Of a stretch of DNA of 64,000 nucleotides, positions 9,672 to 18,647 are shown piece after piece. The position numbers and the translations under genes are program-made. The notes beneath the pieces were generated by a model. The model saw only the letters and a program-made list of their open reading frames with translations. It did not search any database and was not told the origin of the DNA. The DNA lies in contig JBFMDH010000001.1 of NCBI GenBank assembly GCA_040754075.1, positions 166,262 to 230,261 of the forward strand, given 5' to 3'. The DNA is from Acidobacteriota bacterium (GTDB lineage: Bacteria > Acidobacteriota > Blastocatellia > UBA7656). The number at the start of each line of letters is the position of its first letter. Position 1 is the first letter of the stretch.

Positions 9672-10478
9672 TTAGTTCTTTAAATTTTGCTCCGCTTTCA
9701 ATTCTGCGCCATCAATTGCATCCAGATAGACCGTCCAGGATGGCGCATCGCCCAAAAGGATTTCCCAGGCGAGATGAATTTCCAGAGAATCCTTTTTAGC
9801 AACCGGCAATATAACCAATCCTTTGACGTGAACGTCTTTTAGATCATTAATGCGAAGTTGCTGGTCGTTGCCTGCCGCGTCCTTGTATGTGAACGTGCGA
9901 TTGACCAGTCGTTGTGCGGCTTCCTGGCGGTTAATCGTCGGGCTAAAGGGCAATTCGACAACCGGAATGAAACGGTCATCAAGTTGCAGCAAACGTCCGT
10001 CGTTATTGATAACCAGAGTGATTTCTCCGTATCCACCGGCGACCGGAAACGGAAAATCCGCCTGCTTGTAAGTCAAGCGATGGATGCCACCGGTATTATC
10101 GTTTTTGGTCAATGAGACCGTACCAGGTTGTGCACTTAACAACTCGCGCCATCGGTCAATAAAGCGCTTTGCCGCTTCACGAACCGGAACCGTTGTATCG
10201 CCCGTAAGCGGCGCATCGATGATTTTGATACCGCTTTCGATACCCGCAAGCGAGCGCGGCGTGTGGGTGATGGCATAAAATTGCGCCTCAGTCTCTTTCA
10301 AGTTGTACAATTCCAGCAACCGCCGCCACTCGCGTTCGGCTTGGACGAGACGTTGCGGAGAATCTTTAACGATTGCCGGATAATTTTTGGGCTTCGCACT
10401 CTTTGTTGTTTGAGCTGAAATGCTGCACCCTAACGCGCAAACAATTAAAATGGCGAGCAACGAACGAGATAAAATCAT
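9672..10478 (-). CDS. hypothetical lipoprotein / secreted protein
   Basis: Start chosen at the internal ATG giving MILSRSLLAILIVCALGCSISAQ (signal peptide with lipobox-like ALGC). No recognisable catalytic motif. Confidence 0.5.
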   Translation of the reverse strand: MILSRSLLAILIVCALGCSISAQTTKSAKPKNYPAIVKDSPQRLVQAEREWRRLLELYNLKETEAQFYAITHTPRSLAGIESGIKIIDAPLTGDTTVPVREAAKRFIDRWRELLSAQPGTVSLTKNDNTGGIHRLTYKQADFPFPVAGGYGEITLVINNDGRLLQLDDRFIPVVELPFSPTINRQEAAQRLVNRTFTYKDAAGNDQQLRINDLKDVHVKGLVILPVAKKDSLEIHLAWEILLGDAPSWTVYLDAIDGAELKAEQNLKN

Positions 10479-10884
10479 AATGAAATTACGCCCACACCGG
10501 GTGGGGATGTATAGCCGGGTGTACAACAGAAAAATCAAAAAAACAATTATTCATAATCATGGTGGGAAGTGGCAAGTGATGAAGCTAAATGTTGGTGAGC
10601 AAAATGCGCTGAAACGATTTATTTCAACGGGCGCTGAACCGGTTATTGGTAAAAAGCCGTTCTAATTCTCAATTCGGACAGCATCCCTTGAACTTTCGGG
10701 TGAACGCTATTTGCTCTCTCTCCGCCCAATCCGAGGATAAATTTTAACCTGTCGTTTACGGGCGCTTTAGATTTCGAGAGAAGACCAGAGGCTTTAAGCA
10801 GAGCGCAAGTTCTGCGTTGACCTGAGCGAATGGCAAAGCAACTTCTCAGTAACGGTTTGCGATTTGACATCGTTTCTTTTCAGT

Positions 10885-10913
10885 TTGACAATAAATTATG
10901 CGCAAAATAATAT
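10885..10913 (+). promoter_or_regulatory. sigma70-like promoter upstream of nuoA
   Basis: TTGACA (10885-10890), 17 nt spacer, TAATAT (10908-10913), about 48 nt upstream of the nuoA ATG. Confidence 0.5.
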
Positions 10914-10960
10914 GAGTGCGCTTTTAGTCACAATTCCAAATCAAAATTAAGGTTGAGCAA

Positions 10961-11377
10961 ATGACAAACGTAATCGGTTTATTGCTCCAGACACAAACAC
11001 CAACCTCTTCAACCAAAGCGCCGATTTATGGCTATATTCCCATTATTATCTTTTTCCTGATTGCCGCCTTGTTGCCGGTGGTGTTGCTTTTCGTCTCCAG
11101 ACTTCTGCATCGACGGGTCTTCGAGCGCCAGAAACTGATGCCCTATGAATGCGGCATTGACCCGATTGGCGATGCCCGTGACCGGTTTTCAGTGCGCTTT
11201 TATATCGTCGCTATGCTGTTTCTGGTCTTCGACGTCGAAGTGGTTTTTCTGTTTCCCTGGGCGGTCATTTACGACAAGCTGGCGCTTTTCGGGTTGATTG
11301 AAATGCTCATCTTTATCGGCATTCTGGTTATCGGTTATTATTATGCCTGGCGCAAGGGCGCACTCGAATGGGCGTAA
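10961..11377 (+). CDS. nuoA: NADH-quinone oxidoreductase subunit A
   Basis: 138 aa with 3 TM segments. YECGIDPIGDARDRFSVRFYIVAMLFLVFDVEVVFLFPWAV is the NuoA/ND3 signature. Confidence 0.93.
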   Translation: MTNVIGLLLQTQTPTSSTKAPIYGYIPIIIFFLIAALLPVVLLFVSRLLHRRVFERQKLMPYECGIDPIGDARDRFSVRFYIVAMLFLVFDVEVVFLFPWAVIYDKLALFGLIEMLIFIGILVIGYYYAWRKGALEWA

Positions 11378-11380
11378 ATA

Positions 11381-11549
11381 AATTGCGGATTGCGGATTGC
11401 CTGGATTTATAACTGGTTTTCACTTTCATGCCTAGATCACGGTTGCGCAGTAATAATGAAAGCCAGGAAAAAGAAATTGATTGATCTGCACACATCAAGC
11501 AAAGCAGAGATTTGAAAAAAGACAATCCGCATTTCGCAATCCGCAATTG
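11381..11549. repeat. inverted (ATTGCGG)n arrays enclosing a ~120 bp non-coding segment in the nuoA-nuoB spacer
   Basis: Left arm aattgcggattgcggattgcc (11381-11401). Right arm caatccgcatttcgcaatccgcaattg (11523-11549). Same repeat unit as 27362-27390 and 28280-28327. Confidence 0.8.
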
Positions 11550-11559
11550 AAAGGGTTTT

Positions 11560-12102
11560 ATGGCAAAAGAAGAAATTGTTGAATCTTCGAGCGGGATTAT
11601 TACTTCAACCGTTGATGCGGTGTTTAATTGGGCGCGCGCCTCGGCGCTCTGGCCGATGACCTTTGGGCTTGCCTGTTGCGCCATTGAGATGATGGCGACC
11701 GGCGCTTCACGTTTCGATTTAGACCGATTCGGAGCAGGGGTATTTCGTCCGAGTCCGCGTCAATCCGATTTGATGATTGTCGCAGGAACGCCGACACTCA
11801 AAATGGCACCGGTCATCAAGCGCGTCTGGGATCAGATGCCGGAACCGAAATGGTGCATTGCGATGGGCGCTTGTGCATCGACGGGCGGGCCGTTTCCGAC
11901 CTATTCGACCTTGCAAGGCGTTGACCGCATCGTTCCCGTCGATGTCTACATTCCGGGTTGTCCGCCGCGCCCCGAAGCTTTGATTTACGGCTTGATGCGT
12001 TTGCAGGACAAAATCATGCAGGAGCATCCGACGCGTTACGTTTTCTTTCAGGGCGATGTCAGCGAGGAAGAGGTCGAGGGCGCGGAAGCGGTGACCGCTT
12101 AA
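11560..12102 (+). CDS. nuoB: NADH-quinone oxidoreductase subunit B
   Basis: 180 aa. [26 protein letters not shown] and IPGCPPRPE are the N2 Fe-S cluster cysteine motifs. Confidence 0.95.
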   Translation: MAKEEIVESSSGIITSTVDAVFNWARASALWPMTFGLACCAIEMMATGASRFDLDRFGAGVFRPSPRQSDLMIVAGTPTLKMAPVIKRVWDQMPEPKWCIAMGACASTGGPFPTYSTLQGVDRIVPVDVYIPGCPPRPEALIYGLMRLQDKIMQEHPTRYVFFQGDVSEEEVEGAEAVTA

Positions 12103-12124
12103 CCAATTCGCAAATGAAAAGCTG

Positions 12125-12154
12125 GCGCAGGGGCTTGGTTCTCTGCGCTTTTTT
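12125..12154 (+). terminator. rho-independent terminator-like hairpin after nuoB
   Basis: gcgcagggg-cttggt-tctctgcgc stem (about 8-9 bp including G-U pairs) followed by tttttt. Lies 13 nt before the next start codon. Confidence 0.55.
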
Positions 12155-12166
12155 ATTGGGTAGAAG

Positions 12167-13306
12167 ATGAGCGACACAACCGCACTCGAAAAAAAAATAA
12201 TCGAACGCATCAACCGCGACGGCGCAATGAGCTTTCGCGATTTTATGCAACTGGCGCTTTATGATGCGGAACTTGGCTATTACAACACCGAGCGGTTGAA
12301 GATTGGCGCAACCGGTGATTATTACACCTCAAGCAATGTCCACCCGGCATTCGGCGCAATCCTCGCGCAAGTCTTCGTTCGGTTGTGGAAAGACCTCAGT
12401 AGTGACAACCCTGAAAATGCGAACAGCGAATATCTTGAGAGCGATACTGCCTCACCCTTGAACCTCGTTGAAATGGGCGCGGGAACCGGGCAACTGGCAT
12501 TCGATGTTTTAAGCGCCTTGCGTGATGAACACGCCGAAGGGTTTGCGCGCGCGAATTACACGATTATTGAACAAAGTCCGGTGATGCGCGCCAGACAACA
12601 GGAAAAGTTGAATGATTTCAGCGAGCGGGTTTGCTGGCAAACCTTTGCCGCGTTAAAGCCGACCGCCGGAATTTTCTTTTCCAATGAACTGGTTGATGCG
12701 ATGCCTGTGCATCGCTTGCGCTTTACCGGCGAAACCGTCGAAGAACTTTATGTAATCGTAGTTGACGAATCGCATCACCAACGTCTCGCCGTTGTCTGGG
12801 GCGCGCTTTCAAAACCGCAACTGGTTGAATATCTCAAACGTTCGCAGGCGAAATTTTTTCAAGGGCAAATGATCGAAGTCAATCTCGATGCCATTCACTG
12901 GTTGTGGGAAGTTTCCCGCGTGATGGAAAAAGGTTTTTTAGTGACCCTTGATTACGGCGACCTCGCGCCGCATCTCTATTCGGTTGAACGCCTGGAAGGC
13001 ACGCTCAGATGTTTTTACCGGCACACCTTGCGCGATAATCCGCTGGAACGTATTGGTGAACAAGACCTCACTGCCAGCGTCAATTTTTCGGCGCTGATTG
13101 ATTACGGGAAAGATTTCGGATTTGAACAGGTGAGTTACGAACGACAGACCAATTTTCTCTTTCGCAATGGGTTGATTGAACGCATCGCGGCAATGGAAAC
13201 GGGCGACACGATTGATGATTTACAGAAACGCCTGGCGATAAAAAATCTCTTTGTGCCCGGCGGCGTGAGCGATAATTTCCGCGTACTGGTTCAACGGAAA
13301 CCTTAG
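12167..13306 (+). CDS. SAM-dependent methyltransferase, MidA/NDUFAF7 (DUF185) family
   Basis: 379 aa. MSFRDFMQLALYDAELGYYN N-terminal family motif. VEMGAGTGQLAFDVL SAM-binding motif I. ELVDAMPVH. Confidence 0.8.
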   Translation: MSDTTALEKKIIERINRDGAMSFRDFMQLALYDAELGYYNTERLKIGATGDYYTSSNVHPAFGAILAQVFVRLWKDLSSDNPENANSEYLESDTASPLNLVEMGAGTGQLAFDVLSALRDEHAEGFARANYTIIEQSPVMRARQQEKLNDFSERVCWQTFAALKPTAGIFFSNELVDAMPVHRLRFTGETVEELYVIVVDESHHQRLAVVWGALSKPQLVEYLKRSQAKFFQGQMIEVNLDAIHWLWEVSRVMEKGFLVTLDYGDLAPHLYSVERLEGTLRCFYRHTLRDNPLERIGEQDLTASVNFSALIDYGKDFGFEQVSYERQTNFLFRNGLIERIAAMETGDTIDDLQKRLAIKNLFVPGGVSDNFRVLVQRKP

Positions 13307-13336
13307 GCGCTGGCAATTTGCCAGTTGCTGAAGGGT

Positions 13337-14302
13337 TTATTGACTTCGGGTTTTCTTTTTTCGTTCGGCAGCCGACGTTCGTTTATTTTTGCTGAGAATT
13401 TCAGAAAGTCGCTTTTTCAGCACGTCGGCGCTTGGCATATCCAGTAACTCTACGCACAGTTGTTGAAGCAGGGCGGCATTTTGAATGCGTTTGATTTCGG
13501 CTGAAACATTGAGATTGGGAAAACGTTTGGCGACCATCATCGTGAGCGATTCAGCCGCACCTTTAATTTCGCCTCGTCGTTCGCCTTTCTTTTCACCTCG
13601 TTTTTCGCCTTTCCTTTCACCTTCCTGCAACACCAGTTGATAGAAACTCGATTCTTTTAATTGTTCAATGGGAATCATACCTTTCTCCACAATCAACGCT
13701 AACAGGTCTTCACGATTCTAGCGCAACCCGCCAAGCATCAAAAAGTGTACGCCTAAATCACCTTTTAGCCGTTCATCTTTCACGCCGCGCAAAGCTTTTG
13801 CAGCAGCCTGTAATTCTTTCTCTCCGCCTTTCATTAGAGGAATAAAGGGCAATAAATTTTGGCGTGGCATTGCCAGTACGCGATGCGCAGGAATTTCCCA
13901 CAATTTCACCAATTTGAAGGCAGATTTGATTTCCAACACACCTGCCTGAATCCTTCCTGAGTCGGGCAAATAACCGGGCAGACCTTTTGGCGTCAGCATT
14001 AACACATAACTGAAAATTGGCAGACGATATTTCATCCACAATCGCGCATCATATTCGGGCATTCGCGTCAATACATCATCATTCCATTGCGTCTGGGCTT
14101 CCGGGTGAACAATAAATTTGCCTTTCGCATTCGTCACGCGATAGGTCTGGTCGGTTAAAATCGTTGAAGCGCTTAACTCCAGCGGCAATTTTTCAATCAC
14201 CGCCCTTTCATTTGCCTTGAGATGTCCGAGCAAAATTAACAGCGATTTTGCATCTTGTTCCGCCAAATATTTAAATGCCTGGTCGTAAGGTTTGCTGCTC
14301 AT
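13337..14302 (-). pseudogene. Rpn-family PD-(D/E)XK nuclease / putative transposase with DUF4351-like C-terminus, copy 2 (in-frame TAG)
   Basis: ORFs 13718-14302 and 13337-13696 share a frame and are separated by a single TAG at 13718-13720 (GVHFLMLGGLR*NREDLLALIVEKGMIP). Copy 1 has Tyr at that position (GGLRYNRVRLLEMILEKGMIP). Confidence 0.7.
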
Positions 14303-14311
14303 CGAAATCCT

Positions 14312-15838
14312 TTATGCGCGGTTGCGAACATATAACTCCGTCAAATGGTTTAACCGGTTGCTCAAGTGTTCATTCAAGGCATTGGCTTTATAACGCCATT
14401 GCCAGTTGCCCTGCTGACTGGCGGGCAGATTCATTCGCGCTTCGGAACCCAGTCCCAGAATATCCTGCATCGGAATAATTGCCGTATCGGCAACCGACGC
14501 AAGTACGGCGCGAATGAAATCCCAGTGAATCGCTTTGCCGCGAGTGTTCAAATAATCCATACAGAATCGCTTTTCGGCGGCGATCTGTTCGGCGCTGCGG
14601 GTTGAACCTTCACCCGCCTTGCTGTTAAACCAACCGACCGCCGTGTCATTGTCATGGGTTCCCGTATAAGCGACCGAATGCGGAATATAATTGTGCGGCA
14701 AATCGATGTTGGCGCGGTCGCGAAAGGCGAATTGAAAAATCCGCATACCAGGAAAACCGAAACCGTCGCGCAAGGCTTCAACATCGGGCGTTATCACGCC
14801 TAAATCTTCGGCGATGATCGGGAGTTCACCCAGCATTTCATTTAATCTCGTGAACAACGCTTTGCCGGGAACTTCGACCCAGCGCCCGTTCTTGGCGGTC
14901 TTATCGCGCGCCGGAACTTCCCAGGTCGCGCAGAAGCCGCGAAAATGGTCTATGCGAACGATGTCAACCGTGTTGAATGTCGCCTGCAATCGCTCAATCC
15001 ACCACTGGAATTTTGTCGCCTGCATCTTCTCCCAGTTGTAAATCGGATTGCCCCAGAGTTGCCCGGTCTTGCTGAAATAATCGGGCGGCACGCCGGCGAC
15101 CACCAAAGGTCTGCCCTTGGCGTCGAGTTTGAACAACTCAGGATTAGTCCACACATCTGCGGAATCATAAGCGATAAAAATCGGCACATCGCCGATGATT
15201 TTGATGCCTTTGTCATGACAATAATTTTTGAGCGCCCGCCACTCCTTGAAAAACAGAAATTGAAAAAAGCGATGGGCTTCGATTTTATCGTGTAATTTCT
15301 CGCGCGCCTCATTGATGGCTTTGGCGTCGCGCAAAGCGTATTGCGGTTTCCACTTATTCCAGGCGACGCCTTTATGCTGGTCTTTCAGGGCGCGAAACAA
15401 TGCATAATCATCAAGCCAGGGGGCGGCTTCCTGTCTGAACGCCAGAAAGGCTGCGCGCAGGTCGGTGTCGGTTGATTTTTTGAAATTGCTGTAGGCTCGC
15501 TCAAGTAATCCCATTTTGTAAGGAATCACCCAGCCGAAATCGATTTTTTCAACGGGGAATTTCGGCACGCCGCGCAAATCCTGCTTATCGAGCAAGCCTT
15601 CGGCGACGAGTTGTTCAGGGCTAACCAGCAAGGGATTTCCGGCAAAAGCGGAAAAACATTGATAAGGCGAGTCGCCATAACCTGTGGGTCCCAGCGGTAA
15701 AACTTGCCAGAGGCTTTGTTCGCTTGCCGCAAGAAAATCGATAAAACGATAGGCTTCGTCGCCTAAATCGCCAATGCCGAAACGGTTCGGTAAAGATGTC
15801 GGATGAAGTAAAATGCCACTGAGTCTAGGAAAACGCAT
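14312..15838 (-). CDS. malQ: 4-alpha-glucanotransferase (GH77 amylomaltase)
   Basis: 508 aa. GILLHPTSLPNRFGIGDLG...WQVLPLGPTGYGDSPYQCFSAFAGNPLL and the RIDHFRGF catalytic region. Confidence 0.93.
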   Translation of the reverse strand: MRFPRLSGILLHPTSLPNRFGIGDLGDEAYRFIDFLAASEQSLWQVLPLGPTGYGDSPYQCFSAFAGNPLLVSPEQLVAEGLLDKQDLRGVPKFPVEKIDFGWVIPYKMGLLERAYSNFKKSTDTDLRAAFLAFRQEAAPWLDDYALFRALKDQHKGVAWNKWKPQYALRDAKAINEAREKLHDKIEAHRFFQFLFFKEWRALKNYCHDKGIKIIGDVPIFIAYDSADVWTNPELFKLDAKGRPLVVAGVPPDYFSKTGQLWGNPIYNWEKMQATKFQWWIERLQATFNTVDIVRIDHFRGFCATWEVPARDKTAKNGRWVEVPGKALFTRLNEMLGELPIIAEDLGVITPDVEALRDGFGFPGMRIFQFAFRDRANIDLPHNYIPHSVAYTGTHDNDTAVGWFNSKAGEGSTRSAEQIAAEKRFCMDYLNTRGKAIHWDFIRAVLASVADTAIIPMQDILGLGSEARMNLPASQQGNWQWRYKANALNEHLSNRLNHLTELYVRNRA

Positions 15839-16081
15839 GAGTCCCTCTTATTGAATGAATTTGAAATGCGGCGCGATTATACAATCGGCAAATTTGGTTT
15901 GACAAAAGCGCCGTTGGGAAAGATGAAAATAAAAAGTTGGGAAGCAATTTTGCGCGCGATTAAACCGATAAATGCCAGGTGAACATTACCTTCGCGTCAG
16001 CAGGTGGATTCGCTTATCGTCAACGCGGCGCAAATATGATAAGTTGAGGCTGTTTGATGGCTTTCGTTTTTGAGAATTGAA

Positions 16082-16939
16082 ATGATAAATCCGGTAATCA
16101 AAAAAGCGCTGTTGTTATTTGCCCTGGTTCTGTCGGTTGCCGCTGCGAATTTCGCGCAAATCTCGAAGTTGCAATTTCCCCAGTCGAGTGGATATGTCAA
16201 TGATTTTGCCAATAAACTCAATCCGCAAACCCGGCAATCGCTTGAAAACCTGCTCACCAATTTTCGCAATCGAGCAAATATCGAAATCACTGTAGTGACC
16301 ATTCCCTTCGAGCAGATGAACGATTATCCGATTGAAGATTACACGCTCGAACTCGGCAGACGTTGGGGCGTCGGCAAGGCGTCCAACGAACCGGCGGCAG
16401 TGTTGTTGGTTGCCATCAAAGAAAAAGGCAGCGATGGCATGTATCATGGCGGCACGCGGCTTGAAATCAGCCGCCATCTTGAAGGCGATGTGCCCGACGG
16501 GCTTGCCGGTGAATTGATTCGGCGAATGCGTGTCGATTTTCAAAAAGGCAATTTTGACGGCGCATTAAATACCGGCGTGCAAACCATCCTTGCAACCATT
16601 GCCGAAAAACGCGGCATTTCGATGGAAGGCATCGACACCAACGCGGTCTATCGCCCACGAACGCGGCGACCATCAACCGGCATTTCACCCTCGACCATCA
16701 TCTTTATGATAATCGTCTTTTTTGTGGTGATGGCGATTTTGAGCCGCTTCGGGCGCGGGGGTGGCGGCGGTGGCGGTTACCGGCGTCGCGGTTCGGATTG
16801 GTGGGTCGGTCCGGTCATCTGGAGCGGCGGCGGGTCAGGCTGGGGTGGTTCCGGCAGTTCCAGCGATTCAGGCGGCGGTTGGGGCGGATTTGGCGGCGGC
16901 GGCGATTTCGGCGGCGGCGGCGCAAGCGATAGTTGGTAA
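16082..16939 (+). CDS. TPM-domain protein (YgcG-like) with TM segment and Gly-rich tail
   Basis: Signal peptide MINPVIKKALLLFALVLSVAAANFAQ. YVNDFANKLNPQTRQSLENLL is a typical TPM start. C-terminal TM segment, then GGGGGGGYRRRGSDWW...GGGWGGFGGGGDFGGGGASDSW. Confidence 0.8.
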   Translation: MINPVIKKALLLFALVLSVAAANFAQISKLQFPQSSGYVNDFANKLNPQTRQSLENLLTNFRNRANIEITVVTIPFEQMNDYPIEDYTLELGRRWGVGKASNEPAAVLLVAIKEKGSDGMYHGGTRLEISRHLEGDVPDGLAGELIRRMRVDFQKGNFDGALNTGVQTILATIAEKRGISMEGIDTNAVYRPRTRRPSTGISPSTIIFMIIVFFVVMAILSRFGRGGGGGGGYRRRGSDWWVGPVIWSGGGSGWGGSGSSSDSGGGWGGFGGGGDFGGGGASDSW

Positions 16940-17027
16940 ATGATGAAGGTTGCATGGGAAAGGGCGCGCAGCAATTGTCATTTTGAAAATAAATCGTATT
17001 GAATGATTTGAGAGGAGGGCATAAACC

Positions 17028-17738
17028 TTGGCTGATGAACTTTCGGAATTTGTCGATAAATTGGTAACCGCTCACGGCGGCAATTTGAAATCCATTGTGC
17101 TTTACGGCAAAGCCGTCGAGGGCGGGCAATTGGATGACGACGAGCGTAAAAAAGTTTTAGTCGTGCTTGAGGAAATTACTACTGAAGAGTTGAAAGCCGC
17201 GCACGAGGTTGCCGAATGGTGGCGCGAAGTCGGCAACCCTTTGCCCATCTATTTCACCGGGCAGGAAATTCGCGAATCATCCGATGTTTTTCCGATTGAA
17301 TTCATCGGGATGAGCCGCGTGCGCCACGTCGTATACGGGCAAGACCCGTTTGATGATTTGCAGATTCACACACACAATTTGCGTCATCAACTCGAATATG
17401 AATTGCGCGGTAAATTGATTCGCCTGCGTTCGCTCTATTTTCCCGCATCAAAAAATCCCAATCGCCTGACGGCGTTGATGGTCGATTCTCTGGAAAGCTT
17501 TGTCGAGCTATTCAAACACGTTTTGGAGATTTGCGGAATAGATGCGCCTATAGAGAAAAACGAAGTCTTACTAAAAATTGCCGATGCCTTGCATCTCGAT
17601 AAGCGCATCTTTGCGCGCATTGCCCAGTATAAAAAAGATGATGAGGTGTGGTTGGAATCGGAAACCAACGAAACCTTTTCGGCTTACCTGCGACTCATCG
17701 AACAGGTGATTCACGCCGTAGATAAACAGGCAAAATAG
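17028..17738 (+). CDS. hypothetical protein, possibly a nucleotidyltransferase-fold protein
   Basis: 236 aa. TTG start 8 nt after agaggaggg (Shine-Dalgarno). N-terminal LKSIVLYGKAVEG resembles a degenerate minimal-NTase G(S/K)x motif. Weak assignment. Confidence 0.3.
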   Translation: MADELSEFVDKLVTAHGGNLKSIVLYGKAVEGGQLDDDERKKVLVVLEEITTEELKAAHEVAEWWREVGNPLPIYFTGQEIRESSDVFPIEFIGMSRVRHVVYGQDPFDDLQIHTHNLRHQLEYELRGKLIRLRSLYFPASKNPNRLTALMVDSLESFVELFKHVLEICGIDAPIEKNEVLLKIADALHLDKRIFARIAQYKKDDEVWLESETNETFSAYLRLIEQVIHAVDKQAK

Positions 17739-17779
17739 AACGGCAAGGCAATGAATTTGTCTGTGATTGACCGGAGGCT

Positions 17780-18631
17780 TTAAGTCAATTTCACTTCTTC
17801 GAGTCCTTTGTCCGAGAGATAAAGTTTTTCGAGTTTTCCGGTCACGTATTCAAAGGCTTCATCAACCGAATCGGTTTTGAAGAAAATGTCGAGGTCTTGC
17901 GGGCTGACGACCCCCCATTTCACCAGCGCGTCAAAATTAATCACTTCATCCCAGAAGGTTTTGCCGAATAATAACACCGGCATGGTTTTGCCGGGCTTTT
18001 TGGTTTGTATCAAGGTGAGCACTTCAAAGAGTTCATCCATCGTGCCGAAACCGCCAGGAAAGGCAATCAAGGCTTTCGCCGGGTAAACGAACCAGAATTT
18101 GCGCATGAAAAAATAGTGAAAGTTGAAAACCAACTCACGCGAAACGTATTTATTCACATCCTGTTCGTGCGGCAATTCGATATTCAAGCCGATGGTTTTG
18201 CCGCGCGCCAGTGAAGCGCCGCGATTGGCGGCTTCCATCATGCCGCCCGACCCACCCGAACAGATAATGAAGTGATGTTGTCCGGTTAAACTTTTAGACC
18301 ATTCGGTGATGCGTCGCGCCAGGTCAACCGCATCCTGATAGTAACGCGACAGGTGAACGAGTTGCTCGGCTTTGGCAATCCGGTCTTGATATTCAGGCGA
18401 ATCGTCGTTTTGTTTTTGCAGTTCTGCAAGACGCGCCTCGGCGATGTCAGGCGCGACCGAACGCGCTGAGCCGAAAAAGACGATGGTGTCGCGCAGGTTG
18501 AAGCGGCGCAAACGGGCGCGCGGTTCCAGATACTCCGAAAGAATTCGCAAGGCTCGGGCTTCCGAGCTTTTCAAAAAATCGTCATTCAAATATGCCAGCG
18601 GCGGCATTTTGTCATTCAGCAAATCCGTCAT
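17780..18631 (-). CDS. LOG family protein (TIGR00730 Rossmann-fold nucleotide-binding; nucleoside 5'-monophosphate phosphoribohydrolase-like)
   Basis: 283 aa. PGGFGTMDELFE and SGGSGGMMEAANRGA are the LOG family signatures. Confidence 0.85.
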   Translation of the reverse strand: MTDLLNDKMPPLAYLNDDFLKSSEARALRILSEYLEPRARLRRFNLRDTIVFFGSARSVAPDIAEARLAELQKQNDDSPEYQDRIAKAEQLVHLSRYYQDAVDLARRITEWSKSLTGQHHFIICSGGSGGMMEAANRGASLARGKTIGLNIELPHEQDVNKYVSRELVFNFHYFFMRKFWFVYPAKALIAFPGGFGTMDELFEVLTLIQTKKPGKTMPVLLFGKTFWDEVINFDALVKWGVVSPQDLDIFFKTDSVDEAFEYVTGKLEKLYLSDKGLEEVKLT

Positions 18632-18647
18632 AGCCTACCTTTATTGG

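Noticed and set aside
10643-10870. 75 aa minus-strand ORF, or a possible small RNA, in the 420 bp gap upstream of nuoA
   Set aside because: The translation has no convincing features. I could not recognise any known RNA family (6S, SRP, tmRNA, riboswitch) by eye. Left unannotated apart from the nuoA promoter.
3566-14302. In-frame TAG codons as evidence of an alternative genetic code
   Set aside because: TAG terminates several well-conserved genes at their expected C-termini in this window (asd, purB, VWA paralogue 3, AAA+ paralogues 2 and 3). Genome-wide TAG reassignment is therefore unlikely.
16761-16974. Gly/Ala-rich and Pro-rich ORFs overlapping the 3' end of the TPM gene
   Set aside because: These are alternative-frame and antisense readings of the GGC-rich region that encodes the Gly-rich tail of the TPM-domain protein.
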